Shown: piece after piece, positions 24,003 to 32,000 of the stretch
How positions within the stretch are numbered: the stretch's first letter is position 1
Layout: every line of letters begins with the position of its first letter
Assembly (NCBI GenBank): GCA_965261025.1
Contig: OZ253438.1
Span: forward strand, 240,001-272,000
Length of the DNA stretch: 32,000 nt
Direction: 5' to 3'
Source of the DNA: Chlamydiales bacterium
Lineage (GTDB): Bacteria; Chlamydiota; Chlamydiia; Chlamydiales; SM23-39
Position numbers and translations under genes: made by a program
The notes under the pieces: generated by a model
What the model was told of the DNA's origin: nothing
Databases searched by the model: none
The model's input: only the letters and a program-made list of their open reading frames with translations

Positions 24003-25387
24003 AAAAAAGCACTGGAAGGTTTTTTTTCATTTACCCTTATCTTTTTTGTAATTAAATCGTTAATTGGATGGATGAGTTCTCCCTGGCTGCACTCATATTT
24101 ATTACAAAAAGAGCAAACTCTATTCGTTGCATAATAGCTATTTAATGAGAATTTCACTCTTTCCTTCTCTTCGTTAAAACGGGTAAAATCTGCTATAATC
24201 ATTCTTTGTTTTGGATTAAAGTTCCCCACCTCAGCACATTCTAAGCAAGGGTAGATAAAACCTGATGCTGAAATAATTGTACTGACTAAAGGAACCCCGC
24301 ACGTAGAGGGGTATTCTCTTAGACCAAATCCAATATTTCCCATGGTGTATCTTTCAAAAATTTCCGTATAATTTGTAAAGTTTATAATAAAATCTCCAAG
24401 ATCGGGGCAGCTTGCAATGAGTCTCGAAAATTCTGATTTAAGATGATCAAACTGTTCAGGGGTACAGGCATTGGAGTATGTATTTGCTTTTACGACCTCT
24501 TCTCTTTCCGGCATGAGAGGACGAAGAGGGCGAAATTGAAAGTTTAAAGCCTGAATATTTCTAGCAGATTTAAAAAGATGATATACCTTTACAAGAAAGT
24601 CAGGTATTTCCTCTATATTGTCCCTCATATATAAAAATCCAATGCCAAGATTTTGAATTTTCCGGCCATGAAATTCTCGATCAATATATTCTCTTGCTAG
24701 TAAAAGGACATCTTCTAGGGTGTGTTTAGGCATACGGTTTCCTAGTTTCTTCCTTCTATAAGTCTCTTCTGTTCCGGCATCTACATTAATCCTAAGCCAT
24801 TCGAGTAAGGCAACCCCCGGTCCAATATCTTTTGATCCATTTGAGTTCATTCCCAGTGCTATTCTTGGGAATTGTTCATCTAGAGCAAGAATAAAGTCTG
24901 TCATTGAAGCTTCCTGATCAGAATCTTTATAAAGAGAAGGCTCGCAAAAACCTCCTGAGATCGCAATCGCTTTAGGGTGAAAATATTTTGTATTTTGAAG
25001 AGAGCTAAATGGTAGATATTTATATCGAGAATCATCGCGATTACCTAGCCAGGAGCAGTAGTTACATCGATAATTACAAAAACTGACGGGATGAAATTCA
25101 ACTTTGGGTCGCTCAACCATTTTTAAGAGATCTTCTTTTAAGGTATCGATTCGCAAAAAAGTTTGTAACTCATTAATCGTAGCTTCAGTGGTCAGTTTTT
25201 CTTCGTAATGGTCTTTTAGGATTTCATGAACCATTTTGGCTTTCGTTCCAAATAGATTGTATAAGTTTCCTGTTGAATAGGCATTTTCAATGTGTTCTTT
25301 ATACTGAAAAACGCGGTGAACAGATCTTACTTGTTCCATTCTATCAGAATTATGCTGTAATATTCTCAACTGACTCATAAGCTTCAC
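23999..25387 (-). CDS. Radical SAM enzyme with Cys-rich (SPASM-like) C-terminus (rSAM-3)
   Basis: 462 aa. 'EFHPVSFCNYRCNYC' (C104/C108/C111) and 'IAISGGFCEPS'. C-terminal 'CGVP...YPCLECAEVG...CSFCNKYECSQG'. GTG start at 25387; alternative ATG at 25378. Confidence 0.85.
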   Translation of the reverse strand: MKLMSQLRILQHNSDRMEQVRSVHRVFQYKEHIENAYSTGNLYNLFGTKAKMVHEILKDHYEEKLTTEATINELQTFLRIDTLKEDLLKMVERPKVEFHPVSFCNYRCNYCSWLGNRDDSRYKYLPFSSLQNTKYFHPKAIAISGGFCEPSLYKDSDQEASMTDFILALDEQFPRIALGMNSNGSKDIGPGVALLEWLRINVDAGTEETYRRKKLGNRMPKHTLEDVLLLAREYIDREFHGRKIQNLGIGFLYMRDNIEEIPDFLVKVYHLFKSARNIQALNFQFRPLRPLMPEREEVVKANTYSNACTPEQFDHLKSEFSRLIASCPDLGDFIINFTNYTEIFERYTMGNIGFGLREYPSTCGVPLVSTIISASGFIYPCLECAEVGNFNPKQRMIIADFTRFNEEKERVKFSLNSYYATNRVCSFCNKYECSQGELIHPINDLITKKIRVNEKKPSSAFF

Positions 25388-27094
25388 CTAAATCGTAATT
25401 AAGCTATCAAATGCTTTAGTCGTAGGATAAGATTCGACTCTCTTTTTATTCAAAAAGAATATTTTATCCATCATGGATAAAAACTGAACCCGATGGGTAA
25501 TAAAAATCATTGTTTTATCCGGAAAGTGTTTCAATAGATTTTTCATAATTTTTTCACTTGTATTCAGATCTATTCCAGAAGTGCATTCATCGAAAATCAT
25601 AATTTGAGGACTTTGCATCAAAAGACGTACAATCATAAGCCTTTGTTTTTGTCCGACTGAAAGAGAAACCCCACTACTACCAACTACGGTGTTTATTCCA
25701 AAATACAGGTTTTCGATAAATTCCGAACTACAAGTCCATTCCAAACAGCATTTAATATAGTCTTTTCCCTTAGAAGAGCCATACGTAATATTTTCCTGTA
25801 TAGTTCGATTAAAAAGCGTTGTTTCTTGCGGAAGCATACCAATTTGAGAATATAAAATATTCTGGTCTATGGAATTGAGAGGCTTGTTATTGAGAAAAAC
25901 TGCTCCCTTTTGAGGTTTAATAAAACGCATTAAAAGTTTTGCTATTGTTGTTTTTCCTGAGCCTGAGGGGCCAAGTATGCCCACTTTTTCGCCAGAAAAA
26001 ATCTGTAAATTCATTTTATTAAAAATGTCCTGAACATCCAAATAACGAAAAAAAACGTTTTCAAAAGAAATCTCACTTTTTCTCTTGAAGAGGCTTTTTG
26101 GGGAAAAAGAGGATAGAGTTTCTTGTTGGATCTTTAATTTTTTGATTATGGATTTCTGAGAACCCACTTCTTCAATTACTTCTGTAAAACGCATACTTAT
26201 ATACCATAAATAGCCATTCAAACTAAATACTAAAGATAGGATAAAAGTAAGGTCTCCCATAGTAAGCTGTTTTTGGGAATAAAAATAACAACAAAGCCCA
26301 ATCATTGTCGTTAATACTAAAAAGCATAAAATACTAAAGAGTAATTTGATTTTTTCCTGATATATTCCAAAACGTTCATAAGCAGCTCTTTCTCTATTTT
26401 GGTTTTTTTTTAAATAATTTATTTCATTTAGGATTGTATTTGATGTTTTTATGGAAAAAAGATTCTCTAAAGCATCAAACAGGTTTTTCTGTAATTTAGC
26501 GAGAGTTTTCGTATAAATTCGATTTGATTTTAATGAATTTTTTAAAGAGTATAAAGAGAGCATAATATGCAGAGCAAACCAAATAAGAATTATTAAGGAA
26601 AAAATGAAATTCTTATTTATTAGTAAGATTGAAGAGGCAACAAACATTACCGAAATTGGAATTAATACAGAAATACAAAGTTTTACAGTAGATTCCATAC
26701 TCCTTACAACTTCGAGAATATAGTGTGGCGCAATACCTGACCTAGAAGATCTTGCATAAACAAGAGGGCTATTTAACTCATTTGTAAAGAGTTTTTCCCT
26801 CAAATAATTACGGAATAATGGAAAAGTTTTAATCGATAAGAAGCCGTCCATTCTCATACAAAACTCCATAAAAGCGCGGGTTGTAATAAGAATGATAAAA
26901 ATGTAAAAATAATTATGGAAATCTAGTTTTCTAACACTTTCTCCTCTAATTGAATCGACAAAAAACTTTAAGCAAAGGGGAAAAGTCAATTCATGAACAG
27001 GTTTCCCTAAGTTGAAAAAAACTAATAGAATAAATCGGTAAAAGAGAGCTTTAATAGATCCCTTATACAAACAAAGCAAATCTATTTTAGGCAT
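25388..27094 (-). CDS. ABC exporter, fused TMD-NBD half-transporter (no N-terminal peptidase domain)
   Basis: 568 aa. About 6 hydrophobic segments, then Walker A 'GPSGSGKTT', signature 'LSVGQKQRL' and Walker B 'IMIFDECTSGID'. Confidence 0.9.
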   Translation of the reverse strand: MPKIDLLCLYKGSIKALFYRFILLVFFNLGKPVHELTFPLCLKFFVDSIRGESVRKLDFHNYFYIFIILITTRAFMEFCMRMDGFLSIKTFPLFRNYLREKLFTNELNSPLVYARSSRSGIAPHYILEVVRSMESTVKLCISVLIPISVMFVASSILLINKNFIFSLIILIWFALHIMLSLYSLKNSLKSNRIYTKTLAKLQKNLFDALENLFSIKTSNTILNEINYLKKNQNRERAAYERFGIYQEKIKLLFSILCFLVLTTMIGLCCYFYSQKQLTMGDLTFILSLVFSLNGYLWYISMRFTEVIEEVGSQKSIIKKLKIQQETLSSFSPKSLFKRKSEISFENVFFRYLDVQDIFNKMNLQIFSGEKVGILGPSGSGKTTIAKLLMRFIKPQKGAVFLNNKPLNSIDQNILYSQIGMLPQETTLFNRTIQENITYGSSKGKDYIKCCLEWTCSSEFIENLYFGINTVVGSSGVSLSVGQKQRLMIVRLLMQSPQIMIFDECTSGIDLNTSEKIMKNLLKHFPDKTMIFITHRVQFLSMMDKIFFLNKKRVESYPTTKAFDSLITI

Positions 27095-28037
27095 ATATTT
27101 TCGTATTGACTAGATGATTCAAATGATCCAAGGCCTCAAAAGCTTTTTCTGGTAAATCCAGCGCTTTACAATTTTCTTCAAGTTGAGCTAATGAAGTGAC
27201 ACCTAAAATTACAGATGTAACCTTAGGATTTTTTAGACACCAGCCGATTGAAGCCTGGGAAAGAGAGAGGTTAAGTTTATCAGTCATTTTTATTAATTCA
27301 GAAATAATAGCTCTTTTTGCCTTCCATTCAGGAAAGGCATATTTGGGAAATCTTCCATAACGACTTTGTCTAGTTACTTTATTTTGGTACTTTCCAGTCA
27401 ATAATCCTCCTGCTAAGGGGCTATACGTCATAAGAGCCAGTTTCTCTTTTTCGATAAGTGGAGTAAGTTCTTTTTCTAGTCGAGCAGGGCTTAGCAGGTT
27501 ATAAAGGCTTTGTTCTACAATAGGCAACATATAGCCCCTTTTTCGACAAATTTCATAAGCTTCTTCAAGGATTGGTAAACCCCATTGGGATGTTCCCCAA
27601 TAGAAAACCTTTCCTTCCTGGATAAACTGGTTAACAGTATAAAGTATTTCCTCTAGGGGAGTATTGGGATCATATCTATGGAGAAACAGAAGATCCACAT
27701 AATCTGTCTGTAATCTTCTCAGAGAATGGGTTAATCCTTCCCTTAAATGTTTTCTTGAAAGACCTTCTTGATTTGGCTTCTCTCCTCCCCAGTACAGTTT
27801 TGTAGAAAGGACAAACTCATCTCTTTTAAAATCTCTTAAAACCTCACCAAGAATCATTTCAGAGAGACCTGAAGCATAAACCTCTGCTGTATCAAAAAAA
27901 TTAATTCCCAAATCAAAAGCTTTTGAAATCAGTTTTTTTGAATCAGCAAAATCTAACTTTATTCCAAAGTTTAGCCAAGAACCTAAGGCAATTTCACTTA
28001 CAAGCAGTCCCGATTTTCCTAGTTTTTTATACTTCAA
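27087..28037 (-). CDS. Aldo-keto reductase (Kv-beta/YajO-like)
   Basis: 316 aa. 'LGKSGLLVSEIALGSW', 'FFDTAEVYASG', 'LSTK', 'YVDLLFLHRYD'. Confidence 0.9.
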   Translation of the reverse strand: MKYKKLGKSGLLVSEIALGSWLNFGIKLDFADSKKLISKAFDLGINFFDTAEVYASGLSEMILGEVLRDFKRDEFVLSTKLYWGGEKPNQEGLSRKHLREGLTHSLRRLQTDYVDLLFLHRYDPNTPLEEILYTVNQFIQEGKVFYWGTSQWGLPILEEAYEICRKRGYMLPIVEQSLYNLLSPARLEKELTPLIEKEKLALMTYSPLAGGLLTGKYQNKVTRQSRYGRFPKYAFPEWKAKRAIISELIKMTDKLNLSLSQASIGWCLKNPKVTSVILGVTSLAQLEENCKALDLPEKAFEALDHLNHLVNTKIYA

Positions 28038-29125
28038 AAAAGTATCCCTTCAAATGAATTCAGGGCCTTTTTTGACCATGGTTTGAGGGTTACTTCAGGT
28101 CTTTTCTCTTTGAGCAATTGGTGTGCTATTTCATATCGGAGTCCATATTTTTTCATTATATATGCCGTCAAAATTGTTGCACTTCGTGAGACACCTCCAT
28201 AACAGTGAATAAGCAAAGGCTTTTTTAGATGACGACAATTATCAATGACATCGAATATCTCTTGTAAATTCGGATAGATGATTTCCCAAGCACCTTCATC
28301 ATCTTCAATTGGATAAATTAAACGATTTTCAACATGCATTTTCGGTTGAAATGTCGATAGGGCTTGACTGAATTTTTTTCCAGTTACTGAGGTATCCATA
28401 AAGCTAACAATAAAGCTTATTTTTAACTCAGTACAAGCAACTTCATCATAGCCATAAGTTTGTATAGCTCTTCTAAGTTCAGTTTGCTCAGATGCAGAAT
28501 AATATCTATCAATACACTCCTTTACCTCTTTATTCATCTCAGGAAAAAAAGTTTTTACAAAAGAAGGGTCACAACTTAGAAAAGCAAAAACATTCCCTAA
28601 AAAAACATGCGGAAATATCTCGTTGACATGTCTCAATGGAATGGCTTTATCAGTAGCTTGAGGTACGATTCCTAAGCTTTCTATAATATCCATACGATTA
28701 GGACTAGAAACTCTCACATGTTCTAGTAAGGCCTTTCGATCTAGCCCACATCCTATATCAGGACTCTTTATTAGAGCTTCTACGATAGGAGCAGCACCTC
28801 TATTCACAGCTAGGTGTAAAAGTGTTTCTCCGTTCTGATTCGGAATACTTAGCTCAAGCTTTGTCTTAAAAATTTTTTCCCAAAAGGTCTTTGTATAAAT
28901 AAAAAATGCAATTGATGACCAATGGTTTAGTTTTACTTCTTGATAAAATAATTTTTCTAGATCACGAGAAAGTATCAATAAGAATAGGGCTCGCGTGAGA
29001 TAAAAACCTCGGATAGCACAGGTAACTATTTTCCTGCATAGAAAGGAAGTCTTATCAAAGAACCCATGCAGATTAGCCGTATAAGACCGAGAAACGTCTG
29101 AGCAAGTTACGAAAGGGGAAATCAT
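28034..29125 (-). CDS. Ankyrin-repeat + dual-specificity (Cys-based) phosphatase domain protein, eukaryote-like
   Basis: 363 aa. ANK-like 'NGETLLHLAVNRGAAPIVEALIK'. Active-site loop 'IHCYGGVSRSAT' (HCX5R[ST]). AAGGAG lies 8 nt upstream of the ATG. Confidence 0.8.
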   Translation of the reverse strand: MISPFVTCSDVSRSYTANLHGFFDKTSFLCRKIVTCAIRGFYLTRALFLLILSRDLEKLFYQEVKLNHWSSIAFFIYTKTFWEKIFKTKLELSIPNQNGETLLHLAVNRGAAPIVEALIKSPDIGCGLDRKALLEHVRVSSPNRMDIIESLGIVPQATDKAIPLRHVNEIFPHVFLGNVFAFLSCDPSFVKTFFPEMNKEVKECIDRYYSASEQTELRRAIQTYGYDEVACTELKISFIVSFMDTSVTGKKFSQALSTFQPKMHVENRLIYPIEDDEGAWEIIYPNLQEIFDVIDNCRHLKKPLLIHCYGGVSRSATILTAYIMKKYGLRYEIAHQLLKEKRPEVTLKPWSKKALNSFEGILF

Positions 29126-29770
29126 AAAACCTACTCCTTATGTTAAGGACTGCAAGACGTTTTATAATTTTTTGAGTTTATTGTTAAGAAATTTTTACAA
29201 GATAGGCTTACAAACAGAAATTACGAATGACCCTCCCGTCTTCTTTTGTAAACAGCCGTGTTTCTAGCCAAGCGTTATTATTGAGGGAAGCAGGCCGTTA
29301 ATTCCGAGATAGAGGCTAGTTTAGTAAAACAATTTTTGTGTGCACTGTTTGATAGGTGAGCATTTTGTGTAGCCTGATTTCCGAGGTCGATAGTGTCTAG
29401 TATCTCTTAGACAACTAAAGATTTGCAAAAATGAGGCAACCTGGACTTGATACCGAAGGCTCGATGGGTTATGAGGGGGAAGAAATTCTAGCCTACCTAG
29501 CAAAGACCAACTCTCAGTAACGTTATAAAGAGCTTGAGGAATGATTACTACTGGTTATTATGGGGCTTTGCTAGAAAAAGTTGCCCCTCTTTTGCCCCAA
29601 AGCTTTTTGCCATAATAAAGAAAAAAATTGATTAATTGCGACTTCTTACACAAAAAATCATGAATGAAAAAGGAAAATTTTGTAAGGTCTTTAAGATTTA
29701 GGAATAGAATATAGGGAAAAACCCTTTAAAGAGAGTTCTTTGATTCTATAAAGGTAGGGGAAGTAACAAT

Positions 29771-30184
29771 ATGAACCAGGAAGACATTCGCTGGAAACAG
29801 CGCCTAAGTAATTTAAAACTTGCACTGGGTCAACTGGGTGATGCTATAACACTTGCAAAACAAAGAGATTTATCCTTGTTAGAACAACAAGGACTCATTC
29901 AGGCTTTCGAATTTACGCATGAATTATCTTGGAATGTGATGAAAGATTATTTTTATTTTCAAGGGAACTCGGCTGTTACTGGATCTCGTGATGCTTCTCG
30001 AGAAGCTTTCAAAAATGGGTTAATTCAAGACGGAGAAGTCTGGATGGAGATGATTCAGAGCCGAAATCGAACATCCCATACTTACAATCAGGAAATTGCA
30101 CAACAAATTTCTCAGAGAGTTATTGAATTTTATTACCCCGCATTTGAGTTATTCGTTAAAAAAATGGAAGAGATAAAAGAGTGA
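29771..30184 (+). CDS. HEPN-domain protein, HI0074 family (nucleotidyltransferase substrate-binding protein; HepT-like toxin)
   Basis: 137 aa. 'WKQRLSNL...AL' N-terminus and the Rx4-6H motif 'SRNRTSHTY'. Confidence 0.85.
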   Translation: MNQEDIRWKQRLSNLKLALGQLGDAITLAKQRDLSLLEQQGLIQAFEFTHELSWNVMKDYFYFQGNSAVTGSRDASREAFKNGLIQDGEVWMEMIQSRNRTSHTYNQEIAQQISQRVIEFYYPAFELFVKKMEEIKE

Positions 30185-30510
30185 ATCAACCTGAAGCCAA
30201 GTTCGGTCTTAAAGCTACTGAAATAAGCGCAGTTCATGGCGTTTTCAAACTGTTTCCTGATTTGAAAAAGGTTAGTATTTATGGTTCTCGAGCAAAAGGA
30301 AATTATAGACCTGGATCTGATATAGATTTAACTCTACATGGTAAAAACCTGGCCTATCAGGATCTCGTAGCTATTGAAAATGCCCTAGACGAGCTATCTT
30401 TACCCTATACAGTAGATCTTTCAATTTATCATCTTCTTGATAATCCAGATTTAATTGATCATATCAAGCGTGTTGGTATTGAATTTTATCAACAAGCCAA
30501 AGATTGTTAA
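30181..30510 (+). CDS. Minimal nucleotidyltransferase (MNT; MntA-like antitoxin)
   Basis: 109 aa. 'IYGSRAKGNYRPGSDIDL' (GS...DxD). GTG start overlaps the HEPN stop (GTGA). Confidence 0.85.
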   Translation: MNQPEAKFGLKATEISAVHGVFKLFPDLKKVSIYGSRAKGNYRPGSDIDLTLHGKNLAYQDLVAIENALDELSLPYTVDLSIYHLLDNPDLIDHIKRVGIEFYQQAKDC

Positions 30511-30725
30511 GAGGTTGATATCAGCCCCAATATGGTCAAGATGAACCGGTAGTGACCTTGCCCCATTTTTAGGCCCAACCCTTTGTTAAGAGTGCTTAGT
30601 TGGATGGTCCTCTTGAGTAATAAGCCAGGGCGTTTTCCCTTTTTTGGAGAAGTTTGGTCTCGCTAAATTATAAAAATGTCTGTAGCTTTCCGCCTTCCTT
30701 AAAAAATCTTCCCTACAGCTAAATT

Positions 30726-31040
30726 GTGTCAGATTATAAAATTCTTCTTCATTCACATGCTGAGCGCATTTGGTACTCTGAGCAAATCATCAAAAATGGT
30801 TGGTCTCGAACTGTATTAGTGATGAGAATAGAGCCCAAGTTACACAAGAGAAAAGGAAAAGCAGTCAATAATTTTGCACTAACGCTTCCAGAGCCTTATT
30901 CAGACTTGGTCAAGGCAAAGACCCTAAAATTAAGCTATGCCTGGATGCAGTCTAAAGAATTTCGATCTAGGGTCTTGTGTGGTCTTTTATGTTCCTTTTT
31001 TGCTGCTAATTGGTCCACAGGCGGTCCCTACATAGAGTAA
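30726..31040 (+). pseudogene. Fragment of a DUF1016/YhcG-type (PDDEXK nuclease family) gene
   Basis: Only the central 'ERIWYSEQIIKNGWSRTVLVMRIEPKLHKRKGKAVNNFALTLPEPYSDL' segment resembles YhcG-family proteins. Similarity is lost after about 30915, and the N- and C-terminal parts are absent. Confidence 0.55.
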
Positions 31041-31101
31041 AAAACCAATACCTTTTTTAAGGATTTGATATAAACTGCATTAAAAACCAGATGAGTTTCA
31101 A

Positions 31102-32000
31102 ATGGATTTTCAATCTGAGAAAAAACGAATTGCTATTGTTTTGTTCATGATGGTGACTCTCGGTCAATTTGGTGTTGATTTATACCTGCCATCGATGCCG
31201 CATATTGCTACAGACCTACACAGTTCTATATCATCAATAAAGTTAACGATTCCTCTTTATTTATTAGGTTTTGGGCTTTCTCAACTTTTTTATGGTCCTA
31301 TATCTGACGCTACCGGCAGAAAACCGACTTTACATTTTGGGTTAGTTTTATTTTTAATCAGTTCTTTAGGAGTGTTATTTTCAACCAATTCATTAATGCT
31401 TATCGTTTTTCGTACTTTTCAAGGGTTGGGAATAGGAGCTGCAATTGTTAACGTAAGAGCTGTGATGCGGGATACTTTTCATGGTAAACAGATGGCCAAA
31501 GTCTCAGCCTGGATTGTTATGATTTGGTCTGTGACACCGATTGTGGCGCCTGTCCTCGGAGGGTATATCCAGAGCCATTTAGGGTGGAGAGCTAACTTTT
31601 CCGCAATGTTTTTCTACGCAGCATTAGTATGGTTATTTATTTTTCTTTTGCTTCCAGAAACTTTGGACAAAAATCACAGAAAGCCTTTTCACGTATCTGG
31701 TATGTTAAAAACGTATAAAAAAATATTTACCGACAAAGTTTTTTTATCGTTTAGCGTGATATCAGCATTATGTTACGGATATTTTATCAGTTATGCAACT
31801 GCTAGTCCTTTTTTATTTCAAACTCAATTAGGACTAACTCCTGTGCAGTATGGTTGGGCCATTTTGGCTATAGCATGCGGTACAGCCATAGGTTCAATTG
31901 TTTGTTATAGAATTGTTTCTTATGTAAAAATTACTCAACTTATCTTGATTGGCAGCTGTTTAATGTTAATTTCATCATGTATTTTATTTTTTCTTTCTTT
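31102..32000 (+). CDS. MFS efflux transporter, Bcr/CflA-like (partial; runs off the right edge)
   Basis: ATG at 31102, open to the window end. 'LGQFGVDLYLPSMPHIATDL', 'GPISDATGRKP', 'FRTFQGLGIGA'. Not in the ORF track because no stop is reached. Confidence 0.85.
   Translation, partial: MDFQSEKKRIAIVLFMMVTLGQFGVDLYLPSMPHIATDLHSSISSIKLTIPLYLLGFGLSQLFYGPISDATGRKPTLHFGLVLFLISSLGVLFSTNSLMLIVFRTFQGLGIGAAIVNVRAVMRDTFHGKQMAKVSAWIVMIWSVTPIVAPVLGGYIQSHLGWRANFSAMFFYAALVWLFIFLLLPETLDKNHRKPFHVSGMLKTYKKIFTDKVFLSFSVISALCYGYFISYATASPFLFQTQLGLTPVQYGWAILAIACGTAIGSIVCYRIVSYVKITQLILIGSCLMLISSCILFFLS

Noticed and set aside
23999-25387. Viperin-like reading of rSAM-3 ('HPVSFCNYRCNYC' resembles viperin 'HFTRQCNYKCGFC').
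   Set aside because: The protein is 462 aa with an about 95-aa N-extension and a multi-Cys SPASM-like C-terminus. It lacks the viperin C-terminal region as I remember it. The motif similarity is generic to rSAM cores.
29321-29520. Small ORFs in the 645-bp gap (60-aa minus-strand ORF 29321-29503; 29-aa plus-strand ORF 29431-29520) considered as precursor peptides or genes.
   Set aside because: They have no RBS, no recognisable leader/core organisation and no motif. They overlap each other on opposite strands and are more consistent with decayed sequence.
1-32000. Scan for CRISPR arrays, rRNA/tRNA genes and IS elements with terminal inverted repeats.
   Set aside because: I noticed no regularly spaced repeats, no cloverleaf-like GC-rich segment and no intact transposase or integrase ORF. 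This is an eye-scan only, so tRNAscan/Infernal/ISEScan should confirm it.

Overview
This is an AT-rich bacterial window (judged by eye, not computed). Its gene content looks like an environmental Chlamydiae genome: a Pkn1-type kinase-FGE fusion, a small RodZ-like protein, RNase HIII, and a eukaryote-like ankyrin/dual-specificity phosphatase.

- **1-9.2 kb:** housekeeping and envelope genes: MBL hydrolase, hflX, MarC, DUF378, YfcH-like epimerase, Yip1, rnhC, rodZ-like, DUF368 and pkn1.
- **8.6-11.4 kb:** a 564-bp near-identical direct repeat (the 3' end of pkn1) brackets a 1.7-kb cassette carrying a single AAA+ ATPase/DUF234 gene.
- **12.6-17.1 kb:** a translationally coupled bioB-bioF-bioD-bioA operon plus a fifth gene with a complete diiron-carboxylate motif. 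Upstream lie a perfect 11-bp inverted repeat and a divergent wHTH/DUF6314-like gene.
- **18.1-32 kb:** an accessory-looking region holding:
  - a Vat-type acetyltransferase;
  - a 9.5-kb gap-free pair of convergent operons (GT2-NodB fusion, three radical-SAM enzymes with Cys-rich C-termini, ABC exporter, aldo-keto reductase, ankyrin/DSP phosphatase);
  - a HEPN-MNT pair;
  - a DUF1016 fragment;
  - a Bcr/CflA-type MFS pump that runs off the right edge.

I saw no rRNA, tRNA or CRISPR array. The best candidates for something undescribed are (i) the three-rSAM locus, which has no visible precursor gene, and (ii) the diiron gene and the palindrome/regulator attached to the biotin operon. All family assignments come from motif reading by eye. 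No database search was run.
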